In this document: in pieces, positions 1-7,537 of the stretch | Numbering within the stretch: the first letter of the stretch is position 1 | Layout of the letters: each line of letters starts with the position of its first letter | Origin: a virus | Taxonomy: Duplodnaviria; Caudoviricetes | Virus record (IMG/VR): IMGVR_UViG_3300020045_005904 | Span: 1-24,788 of that record | DNA: 24,788 nt | Reading direction: 5' to 3' (one strand) | The notes under the pieces: generated by a model | Seen by the model: the letters and a program-made list of their open reading frames with translations, nothing else | What the model was told of the DNA's origin: nothing | Database searches by the model: none | Made by a program: the position numbers and the translations under genes

Positions 1-498
1 CTAATTCTTGTGTGTTCATATACTTTTATTTATGAAAAAGATGGAAAGGTTATTTATGATGATAGTAAGAAAAACTCAACACCCTCAATAGCTTTGTTAT
101 TTGATATTTTTAATATTGATTCTCAAAAGTTAGCTGATGGATTAAATGAATATGTAACTAAAGAAGGCACAGAAGGTAGTTGGACTAAAACAAAAATTGA
201 TACTAATAAATTTAAAAAATTATTAGCATCATCTTTAGGTTATGGTTATTACTATGTTAGAGAAACTAAACCAGGTGAAGTAAAAGTTATACCTTTACTT
301 TCAGCTAAAGACTCAGAAAACGCTATTGGTAATATTACTAATACAGAAATTAAATACCCCGGTCCTAACACAAAACAATTAACTATGAAAATAGATACTG
401 AAAGTCCTATATTTGGCATTTCCCAATATCAAGTTTCAGTTAGAAATACCTCAGGTAAATTATTACCTTTGTCTTTAAGAGTTAGTAAAACTAAATAA
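1..498 (+). CDS. Hypothetical phage protein, probably 5'-truncated by the window edge
   Basis: Frame 1 is open from base 1 to TAA at 496-498; the ORF track starts it at GTG 10. No motif I can name. Confidence 0.6.
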   Translation, partial: LILVCSYTFIYEKDGKVIYDDSKKNSTPSIALLFDIFNIDSQKLADGLNEYVTKEGTEGSWTKTKIDTNKFKKLLASSLGYGYYYVRETKPGEVKVIPLLSAKDSENAIGNITNTEIKYPGPNTKQLTMKIDTESPIFGISQYQVSVRNTSGKLLPLSLRVSKTK

Positions 499-506
499 TA
501 TTTATA
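499..506 (+). promoter_or_regulatory. Putative late promoter motif TATTTATA
   Basis: Intergenic, 3 nt before ATG 510; the same octamer precedes six other genes in the window. Confidence 0.6.
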
Positions 507-509
507 ATT

Positions 510-1334
510 ATGAATTTAAAACAATTGATTAGGGAAGTTTTAGAAAATAAGGATTGTTGTTCTGCAGCAAAACCAACTAAAGCGCCTATATTAAATGAAA
601 GTTTGGCCCCACGTGAGATATTATCTGAGGGATTAAAATATCATATAGACAATAAGAAACCGCTTACCGAACATGTTTTCCGTGCTGGTTCAACAGCATA
701 TTTTAACTTATGGGCAGAAGCAAGAACATTATATACTCGTGGTATTTTAGACTTTTCAGGTGATGACTTAGCAATATTAACTGAAACACAATTAGGTGAA
801 TTTGGTATATATGAAGGTAAAAAAGTTCCATTAGATTTTATAATGGAAGAAGAGGAATCATTTCCATTTGAATACAAAGGTTTTAAATACAATATTGAAG
901 TTTTAAGTAATACTACAAACGATAGAGGTCAAAAATTATATAAAATATCAATAGAGGGTATAGGTAGTTACAATGAATATACCAATGAAAGAGATGCTCA
1001 TATTGATGCTAAAAGAGAAATTGATGACCAATTAATGTTTGAAGCTAAAAAGAAACCTAAAAAGAAAAACCCACCAATTGGAAAACCAATGCGTGGTGGT
1101 TCTAAAAAGTTTTATGTTTATGTAAAAGCACCAGGTGGTAAAATTAAAAAAGTATCATTTGGTCAAGCAGGTATGTCTGCTAAAATTAATAATCCTGAAG
1201 CACGTAGAGCATTTGCTGCTAGACATGATTGTAAAAATAAAAAGGATAGAACTAAAGCATCTTATTGGTCTTGTCGTTTACCAAGATATGCTAAGTTATT
1301 AGGATTAAAGTCTAACTTTTCAGGATTTTGGTAA
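510..1334 (+). CDS. Probable internal head protein, multi-domain, with a basic C-terminal domain (KKFYVYVK...KKVSFG...RRAFAARHDC...YWSC)
   Basis: 274-aa ORF. N-terminus MNLKQLIREVLE and several (L/I/M)-x-E sites resemble gp21 substrates. The Lys/Arg-rich C-terminal domain resembles a DUF seen in large DNA viruses (family not confirmed). Confidence 0.55.
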   Translation: MNLKQLIREVLENKDCCSAAKPTKAPILNESLAPREILSEGLKYHIDNKKPLTEHVFRAGSTAYFNLWAEARTLYTRGILDFSGDDLAILTETQLGEFGIYEGKKVPLDFIMEEEESFPFEYKGFKYNIEVLSNTTNDRGQKLYKISIEGIGSYNEYTNERDAHIDAKREIDDQLMFEAKKKPKKKNPPIGKPMRGGSKKFYVYVKAPGGKIKKVSFGQAGMSAKINNPEARRAFAARHDCKNKKDRTKASYWSCRLPRYAKLLGLKSNFSGFW

Positions 1335-1576
1335 TGATAAAGCTACAAGATATATTAACAGAAGATTATGGTGGTAAAGGACCAATGGTTTTACCTCCAA
1401 ACCATAAAGCAGGTTTAAAAGTACCTAAAGGTGGTTCTTGTTGCGCTAACTGTAAATGGTGGAATAAAGAAGAACAAGTTTGTGTAAGTACTTATTATGT
1501 TGAATGGGCAGGAACAAATAAAATTCCTTACGCTGCCGACGAATATTGTACTAATTGGTGGGAACCAATAAAATGA
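1334..1576 (+). CDS. Small Cys-rich protein, HiPIP-like or other metal-binding
   Basis: ATG 1334 overlaps the upstream stop (TAATG). Pattern CANCKWW...C...YCTNWW resembles the four-Cys HiPIP spacing. N-terminus MIKLQDILTE. Confidence 0.55.
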   Translation: MIKLQDILTEDYGGKGPMVLPPNHKAGLKVPKGGSCCANCKWWNKEEQVCVSTYYVEWAGTNKIPYAADEYCTNWWEPIK

Positions 1577-1842
1577 GACCCTACACAGATATAGAAACCA
1601 CAGAAGAATACATCATCAGAGAGTTTGGTGATAATATTGATCCTATAGAATTAATGTGGCATAGGGATGATGAGGATAGATTAGTTGAAATAATAGATCC
1701 GGGACAAGGTTGGAAACTTCAATTTGAAAATGAATTACCTTGGGATTTGGAACCCAACATGTCCATATGTATATTAAGACATGAGTGGCACCGAGTTATA
1801 AAAGGCGAAGGAAAACTTAAAATAAAAATAAATAAATCATGA
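1573..1842 (+). CDS. Cupin (RmlC-like) domain protein
   Basis: ATG 1573 overlaps the previous stop (ATGA). WHRD..DR and EWHRVIKG match the two-His cupin motifs. Confidence 0.7.
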   Translation: MRPYTDIETTEEYIIREFGDNIDPIELMWHRDDEDRLVEIIDPGQGWKLQFENELPWDLEPNMSICILRHEWHRVIKGEGKLKIKINKS

Positions 1843-2459
1843 TTATAACAGAAGAAACATTACGATTACAAAAACTTGCTGGTATCATTAGCGAAAGCCA
1901 ATACAAAGAAAAATTAGCAGAAGTTGATATTAATCTAGATGACAAAGAACAAGCAGTAGTTGATGATGTAAAAGACGAAATGTCTTCTATATTAAAAACT
2001 ATGGATTCTGAATTAGAAAAAGCATCACAATCAACTAATGAAGGTCTGTTAACAGTAGCTAGTATTGCTATTGCTTTGCCGGCTATTATGGGTTTAGTTG
2101 CTAAATTTGGTAAAGCAGCTGGTGCTATGGTTAATAAGGTATTAGGTAAAAAACCAACAGATGAAGATGCTTATAACCAATGGATGAATAAATTATCTCA
2201 TATTGCAGATGAATTGCACCATTTATATATGGCTCCTTTAGAAGCTATTGTTAAGAAATTTGTTAAAGATCCTGCTAAAGCTAAACAAGTAGCAAGTGCT
2301 CTTTTTCACGTAATTGTAGCTTCATTCCTTTTAGCATCAGGTGTTACTGCTGTTAAAGCATTCCAAGCCAAAAACGTATCTTTAGCTACTTTAGAAGGTG
2401 CTTTAAGTGCAGTTAAAGGAGGAGAAATAAAAACATTTATTTCAGACTTATTTAAATAA
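1839..2459 (+). CDS. Hypothetical protein with N-terminal RLQKLAGI motif and two hydrophobic helices; candidate packaged/ejected membrane protein
   Basis: 206 aa, ATGA overlap with the cupin gene. Hydrophobic segments GLLTVASIAIALPAIMGLVA and VASALFHVIVASFLLASGVTAV. Confidence 0.6.
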   Translation: MIITEETLRLQKLAGIISESQYKEKLAEVDINLDDKEQAVVDDVKDEMSSILKTMDSELEKASQSTNEGLLTVASIAIALPAIMGLVAKFGKAAGAMVNKVLGKKPTDEDAYNQWMNKLSHIADELHHLYMAPLEAIVKKFVKDPAKAKQVASALFHVIVASFLLASGVTAVKAFQAKNVSLATLEGALSAVKGGEIKTFISDLFK

Positions 2460-2513
2460 TAATTTATAGACCGATTCATAGCCGGTCGCTTAAAAAATTT
2501 CAAATATGGAGCT

Positions 2514-2543
2514 GTGGCCCACCCTAAAAAGTGGGCTACTTTT
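2514..2543 (+). terminator. Intrinsic terminator
   Basis: Stem GTGGCCCAC (2514-2522) / GTGGGCTAC (2531-2539), loop CCTAAAAA, followed by TTTT. Confidence 0.7.
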
Positions 2544-2545
2544 AA

Positions 2546-2576
2546 TTTGGAAAATATAAAAAAAGATATTATATTA
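2546..2576 (+). promoter_or_regulatory. Putative early/middle (host-RNAP-type) promoter TTTGGAAAAT-N11-TATTATATTA
   Basis: The same bipartite motif with identical spacing occurs at 3964-3994. It resembles the Bacteroidota -33 TTTG / -7 TAnnTTTG consensus. Confidence 0.6.
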
Positions 2577-2589
2577 ACGCATTAAATAT

Positions 2590-3963
2590 ATGGCAAAGAA
2601 AATTGTAATTGTAGGATCAGGAGTAGCAGGTGTAAATGCTGCTACCAAATTAGTAGACAATGGTTATGATGGTAGTTTAATCACCATTATTGATATGGGT
2701 AAAGACCCTTATAACAGAAAACCTGAGGAAGTAATGACAGGTTTCCTGGGTGCCGGAGGTTGGTCTGATGGTAAATTAACTTACCATACAGCAATTGGAG
2801 GTCAATTATCTAAGTACACAGGTGAGAAAAAAGCAATGGCTTTGATGGATGAAGTTATTAACAACTTTAAACGTTTTCACCCCAAACCAGAGGAAGTACA
2901 ATGCTCAAATCCAGTTGAAGAACCAGATTTTATTAAACCATATTTTGGTTTAAGATTGTTTCCTGTTTGGCACGTAGGTACAGATTATCTATCTGAAATT
3001 GCTAAAAACTGGTACGATTATTTAGTATCTAAAGGTGTACAATTTCATTGGGAAGCTAAAGTAACATCTATTGTATTTGATAAAAATTTAGTATTTGTTA
3101 AAGAATTAAATCAATATGTTATTGATAAACAAGGATTTCCTGATTTTGAAATATCTTATGATGAACTTATTTTTGCCGTAGGTAAATCAGGTATTGATTT
3201 TGCTCAACAATTACAAGATAATTACAAACTAGAAACAGAACCAAAATCAGTTCAAATTGGTGTTCGATTTGAGGCACCACAAGAACACTTCCAAAAACTA
3301 ATTGATATTAGTTACGACTTTAAATTGTATCGTAAGTTTGAAGATAAAGGTGTTTCACTTCGTTCATTCTGTACAAACAATAATGCTGCTTATGTTGCTG
3401 TAGAAGAAACATATGGTAATCATAGTTACAATGGTCATGCTAAAAAAGACGAAGCATATAGAAACAATATGACTAATTTTGGTATCTTGATGGAAATCAA
3501 TGGTATTGAAAACCCATTTGAATGGTCTCGTAAAGTAGTAAACGAATTACAGTTTGCTGGAACTGGTTTGTATTATAGCCCATCTCGTCAACCATCAAAA
3601 ACATCAGAAGGTGAAAGAGTTACTACTGTTCAAATTGAAAAATTAGATATAGTAAGACATGGAATGGGTGAGTATTGGAATTACATAGAGGATTTTATTG
3701 AGGATATGAAAAAAGTATTTCCAACACTTAAAGATGATTGGGGTGTTTATGTTCCTGAGGTAAAATATCTTTCACCTGAACCATTAGTTTATCCAAGCGA
3801 TTTGGCTCTTGTAGATTATCCAAATGTTCACTTTGTAGGTGATGCTTTATCAGCTCGTGGTATTACAGTTTCAGGAGCACAAGGGATTTTATCTGTTGAA
3901 AAACTGATTAAAACAGAATGCCCTTGGGATAATATTCAAGGAGATATTATTAATTGGAAATAA
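2590..3963 (+). CDS. FAD-dependent oxidoreductase (COG2509-like uncharacterised dehydrogenase)
   Basis: N-terminal Rossmann motif IVIVGSGVAG, GAGGWSDGKL, IGVRFE, RSFCTN and C-terminal FVGD...RGITVSGAQG. Confidence 0.8.
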   Translation: MAKKIVIVGSGVAGVNAATKLVDNGYDGSLITIIDMGKDPYNRKPEEVMTGFLGAGGWSDGKLTYHTAIGGQLSKYTGEKKAMALMDEVINNFKRFHPKPEEVQCSNPVEEPDFIKPYFGLRLFPVWHVGTDYLSEIAKNWYDYLVSKGVQFHWEAKVTSIVFDKNLVFVKELNQYVIDKQGFPDFEISYDELIFAVGKSGIDFAQQLQDNYKLETEPKSVQIGVRFEAPQEHFQKLIDISYDFKLYRKFEDKGVSLRSFCTNNNAAYVAVEETYGNHSYNGHAKKDEAYRNNMTNFGILMEINGIENPFEWSRKVVNELQFAGTGLYYSPSRQPSKTSEGERVTTVQIEKLDIVRHGMGEYWNYIEDFIEDMKKVFPTLKDDWGVYVPEVKYLSPEPLVYPSDLALVDYPNVHFVGDALSARGITVSGAQGILSVEKLIKTECPWDNIQGDIINWK

Positions 3964-3994
3964 TTTGGAAAATCAAAGAATTTTTATTATATTA
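3964..3994 (+). promoter_or_regulatory. Second copy of the putative early/middle promoter
   Basis: TTTGGAAAAT at 3964 and TATTATATTA at 3985, the same 21-nt offset as 2546/2567; ATG at 4000. Confidence 0.6.
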
Positions 3995-3999
3995 CAAGC

Positions 4000-4248
4000 A
4001 TGAAAACTAAATATGAACCAAGTAGAAAACTAACTAAAGCAGATGGCACTATTGCCTATGTTTGGGAAGGTAAACTTCATAATTGGGAAGGTCCAGCATT
4101 GATTCCTGAAGGTGATAATCGTAAACGTGAATACCATCTTCATGGTATTCAGTATACAGAAGATGGTTGGAAAGAAGCTCGTCGTAATCGTGAAGGTCTT
4201 CCATGGTATAAGACAGCTATGGGTCAAGCAGGTCAAAATAGAAACTAA
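4000..4248 (+). CDS. Small protein with one MORN-variant-like repeat (GKLHNWEGPAL...EYHLHG)
   Basis: 82 aa; the LHxxxGPA motif is typical of MORN-variant repeat phage proteins. Confidence 0.6.
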   Translation: MKTKYEPSRKLTKADGTIAYVWEGKLHNWEGPALIPEGDNRKREYHLHGIQYTEDGWKEARRNREGLPWYKTAMGQAGQNRN

Positions 4249-4249
4249 T

Positions 4250-4780
4250 ATGAAAATAGGATTATGTGGTACAATGAGTGTAGGTAAAACTACATTGGTA
4301 AATGCTTTAAAAGAATTACCTGAATTTGCAGATTATAATTTTGCAACTGAACGTTCAAAATATTTACGTGATTTAGGTATTCCATTGAATACTGATTCAA
4401 CATTAAAAGGTCAATTTGTATTTTTAGCTGAACGTTGTGCTGAGTTAATGAATGAAAACATTATTACAGATAGAACTGTAATTGATGTTATGGCGTTTAC
4501 TAAAGCAGCTAAATCAATTGAATATTATGATGCTGAAGCGTTTTGTGATGCTGCTTATAAATTACTAGAAGAATATGACTATGTATTCTATATTTCACCT
4601 GAAGGTGTTGATATGGAAGATAATGGAGTTCGTGAAACTGATTTAAGTTATAGAGAATTAATTGATTTTACTATTAAAATATTACTTTATAGAAGCCATC
4701 ATAAAATTAAAAATTATACTGAACTATCAGGTACAACTGAGGAACGTATTGCAAAAATGAAAGAGACAATTTTTGGTTAA
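4250..4780 (+). CDS. P-loop NTPase/kinase of the AAA_28 (NadR/Ttd14-like) family
   Basis: Likely start ATG 4250 (MKIGLCGTMSVGKTTL, Walker A), with ITDRTVID and YDYVFY...EDNGVR motifs. The ORF track's upstream extension overlaps the previous gene. Confidence 0.75.
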   Translation: MKIGLCGTMSVGKTTLVNALKELPEFADYNFATERSKYLRDLGIPLNTDSTLKGQFVFLAERCAELMNENIITDRTVIDVMAFTKAAKSIEYYDAEAFCDAAYKLLEEYDYVFYISPEGVDMEDNGVRETDLSYRELIDFTIKILLYRSHHKIKNYTELSGTTEERIAKMKETIFG

Positions 4781-4788
4781 TATTTATA
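4781..4788 (+). promoter_or_regulatory. Putative late promoter motif TATTTATA
   Basis: 3 nt before ATG 4792, the same geometry as 499-506. Confidence 0.6.
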
Positions 4789-4791
4789 ATC

Positions 4792-5262
4792 ATGAAAAAA
4801 TCTGAGTTAAAAGCAGAAATTAAAGAATACATATACGAAATTTTGTCTAATGTAGATGAAATTACAATGGTTGGTCCTGATACTGAAACTTCTGATATTC
4901 CTTCTATATCAAAAACAGAAAAAACAAGTCCTGCTACTGTTAAAGCAGCTTTAGATCAAGCTAAAAAAACTAAACAAGCAGTAGGAGTAGCGGAAGCCGA
5001 AGACGAAGATAGAGAACCTACTAAAGCAGAATTAGAAAAGGAAAAAGTAAAAACCGTTTCTAAATTTAAAGTTAGTAATGATGATTTCCAAGACTTTAAA
5101 ACCAAATTATCTACATTAGTTAAGAAAATTAAAGGTATGGAAAAGGGAGATGAGCGTACTAAAAAAATGGCTGCCCTAAAACAATTTATTAAGAAACCAG
5201 AATTAGTTAAAGCGTTTAAAGAAAGAGACGTTAAAATTGATACTGGTGATTTGGTTAGATAA
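4792..5262 (+). CDS. Hypothetical charged protein, probable internal head protein
   Basis: 156 aa, Lys/Glu-rich; N-terminus MKKSELKAEIKEYIYEIL; late motif upstream. Confidence 0.6.
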   Translation: MKKSELKAEIKEYIYEILSNVDEITMVGPDTETSDIPSISKTEKTSPATVKAALDQAKKTKQAVGVAEAEDEDREPTKAELEKEKVKTVSKFKVSNDDFQDFKTKLSTLVKKIKGMEKGDERTKKMAALKQFIKKPELVKAFKERDVKIDTGDLVR

Positions 5263-5263
5263 T

Positions 5264-5605
5264 ATGAAAAAATTTATTCTACAATTAGTTATAGCGTGTT
5301 TATTAGGTGTAATAATCTATGGGTTATTTACTTATAAACAAGGTTATTCATCTGATAAAGATAAACAATATCAAAAAACAATCGATTCTCTCCAGCTAGA
5401 AATTGGTAAAAAAGATACTATGATTTCTACTTTAGATTCTACTAGAAAGATTTTAGATTCTTTAATTATCGTAGATAAAGCCAAATTAGCAGATATTGCT
5501 GAAAAAGCAAAAAAATATAAAAAACAATATGAGCAAGAACATAATCGCATTAATAATATGTCTGATGATGATATCATCAGCGAGTTCACAGCAGCGTTTA
5601 AGTGA
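5264..5605 (+). CDS. N-terminally anchored coiled-coil membrane protein (i-spanin-like)
   Basis: Start ATG 5264 (MKKFILQLVIACLLGVIIYGLF, TM helix), followed by a heptad-rich exported domain. Confidence 0.6.
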   Translation: MKKFILQLVIACLLGVIIYGLFTYKQGYSSDKDKQYQKTIDSLQLEIGKKDTMISTLDSTRKILDSLIIVDKAKLADIAEKAKKYKKQYEQEHNRINNMSDDDIISEFTAAFK

Positions 5606-5939
5606 TTCAACAGTAATAGTTCCTATTAAATCCTTAAAAAATGCTTTATTGGTTAAAACCGATAGAGATAATCTTAAAAAAGAATTAGTAATAGCTCGTG
5701 ATTCTATTTCCTCGATGGAAAAAGTTATCCTTAGACAGGATACAGCTTTATTTATTTGTGATACTACTCGTATTATATTAGATAGTAAAGTAAAAGACTT
5801 AAAAGGTATTATTGTTTCTAAAGATGGAATGATTAACGAAAGAGATAAAAAAATAACAGACCTAGAAGATAAAATTAGAGGTGCTAAAGCAGCAGTTATA
5901 ATAGCTACTATAGGTTTGATTTTATCTTTGGCACTATAA
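5529..5939 (+). CDS. Exported coiled-coil protein with signal peptide and C-terminal membrane anchor; overlaps the previous gene (spanin-partner-like)
   Basis: Start ATG 5529: MSKNIIALIICLMMISSASS|QQ signal peptide, coiled coil, C-terminal AAVIIATIGLILSLAL; 77-nt overlap with the upstream gene. Confidence 0.55.
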   Translation: MSKNIIALIICLMMISSASSQQRLSDSTVIVPIKSLKNALLVKTDRDNLKKELVIARDSISSMEKVILRQDTALFICDTTRIILDSKVKDLKGIIVSKDGMINERDKKITDLEDKIRGAKAAVIIATIGLILSLAL

Positions 5940-5942
5940 TTT

Positions 5943-7508
5943 ATGAGTCAGGATTTAAAACAAATAATAAGAGAAGAATATATTAAGTGTGCCCAAGATC
6001 CGGCTCACTTTATGAAAAAATATTGTAATATTCAGCACCCACAAAGAGGTCGAGTAATATTCAATTTATATCCTTTCCAAGAAAAAACATTACGTTTATT
6101 TAGAGATAATCCTTACTCAATTGTACTTAAATCTCGTCAGTTAGGTATCTCAACATTAGCAGCTGGTTATTCTTTATGGTTAATGTTGTTCCATAAAGAT
6201 AAAAACGTGTTGTGTATTGCAACCAAGCAAGAAACAGCCAAAAACATGGTTACAAAGGTTAAGTTCATGTTTGATAACTTACCTTCATGGCTTAAAATAC
6301 CAGCAGACGAACATAACAAATTAACGTTAAGATTAAATAACGGTTCTCAAATTAAAGCAACTTCAGCATCAAGTGATGCAGGTCGTTCAGAAGCCGTTTC
6401 TTTGTTGATTGTCGATGAGGCAGCTTTCATTGACCAAATTGGTGAAATTTGGGCCTCAGCTCAACAAACCTTGGCAACGGGTGGTGGTGCTATTGTATTA
6501 TCAACTCCCTTTGGAACAGGTAACTGGTTCCATAAAACATGGGTCTCAGCAGAAAATGCTGAAAACGACTTTTTACCTATTAAATTACCTTGGTATGTTC
6601 ACCCTGAACGAGATGAAAACTGGAGAAAACGCCAAGATGAATTATTAGGAGATCCTAGATTAGCAGCACAGGAGTGTGACTGTGATTTTAGTACATCAGG
6701 TGATGTAGTATTCTACAATGAATGGTTAGAATTCATCACTCAAACAACAGTAAAAGATCCTCTCGAAAGGAGAGGCGCTGACCAGAACTTTTGGGTATGG
6801 GAACCAGCAGACTATACAAGAGATTATATGGTGGTAGCTGACGTAGCTAGAGGTGACGGTAAAGACTTTTCAACTTGTCACGTTATTGACATTGTAACGA
6901 ACACACAAGTTGCAGAATATAGAGGACAATTACCTACTAAAGAATTTGGATATTTTCTAGTAGGTGTTGCCACAGAATATAATCAAGCATTATTAGTAAT
7001 TGAAAACGCCTCTATTGGATGGGCCACTATTGATGCTGTAATTGAAAGAGGTTATCGTAATTTATACCAATCACCTAAATCAGACCAACTCACAGCAGAG
7101 TCGTATTTAAAGACATATGAGGGTTCATCCGATATGACCCCTGGATTTACAATGTCAATGCGTACTAGACCGTTAATTGTGAATAAATTCCGTGAATTTG
7201 TTGGTGATCGTTCCGTAACAATTCGTTCAAAACGTTTAGTTGAGGAAATGAAAGTATTTGTATGGAAAAACGGTAGACCAGAAGCACAAATAGGTTATAA
7301 TGATGATTTAGTTATGCCATTTGGTATAGCTATGTTCTTAAGAGACACATCCTTAAAATTCCAGCAACAATCTCACGATATGACTCGCGCTGCCCTAGGC
7401 AGTATGAGTAAAACTTCGTATATTGGCGCTTATAATCCGAACCAAGTAAAAAATCCATATACTGTACAAACAGATAAAGGGATGGAGGACATTAGTTGGA
7501 TTTTGTAA
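5943..7508 (+). CDS. terL: Terminase large subunit (T4 gp17-like)
   Basis: LYPFQ, Walker A KSRQLGIST, Walker B LLIVDEAAF, coupling motif STPFG, nuclease motifs VADVARG..D and NDDLVM. Confidence 0.95.
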   Translation: MSQDLKQIIREEYIKCAQDPAHFMKKYCNIQHPQRGRVIFNLYPFQEKTLRLFRDNPYSIVLKSRQLGISTLAAGYSLWLMLFHKDKNVLCIATKQETAKNMVTKVKFMFDNLPSWLKIPADEHNKLTLRLNNGSQIKATSASSDAGRSEAVSLLIVDEAAFIDQIGEIWASAQQTLATGGGAIVLSTPFGTGNWFHKTWVSAENAENDFLPIKLPWYVHPERDENWRKRQDELLGDPRLAAQECDCDFSTSGDVVFYNEWLEFITQTTVKDPLERRGADQNFWVWEPADYTRDYMVVADVARGDGKDFSTCHVIDIVTNTQVAEYRGQLPTKEFGYFLVGVATEYNQALLVIENASIGWATIDAVIERGYRNLYQSPKSDQLTAESYLKTYEGSSDMTPGFTMSMRTRPLIVNKFREFVGDRSVTIRSKRLVEEMKVFVWKNGRPEAQIGYNDDLVMPFGIAMFLRDTSLKFQQQSHDMTRAALGSMSKTSYIGAYNPNQVKNPYTVQTDKGMEDISWIL

Positions 7509-7509
7509 A

Positions 7510-7517
7510 TATTTATA
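7510..7517 (+). promoter_or_regulatory. Putative late promoter motif TATTTATA
   Basis: Intergenic, upstream of portal ATG 7538. Confidence 0.55.
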
Positions 7518-7537
7518 GTATATAATAAAACATAAAA

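Noticed and set aside
2460-2589. tRNA gene in the GC-rich intergenic segments (also 12727-12931)
   Set aside because: No cloverleaf, T-loop consensus or acceptor stem could be formed.
4112-4249. Longer N-termini given by the ORF track (also 1328, 1555, 5237, 5496, 15875, 16540)
   Set aside because: These extensions overlap upstream genes or promoter motifs; downstream ATGs give coupled starts and begin at the recognisable domain.
4792-5939. Small terminase subunit upstream of terL
   Set aside because: The adjacent genes encode membrane proteins, and ORF 4792 shows no gp16-like features I can recognise.
6409-6648. 79-aa alternative-frame ORF inside the terminase gene
   Set aside because: Fully nested in the conserved ATPase region, with no motif or initiation signal.
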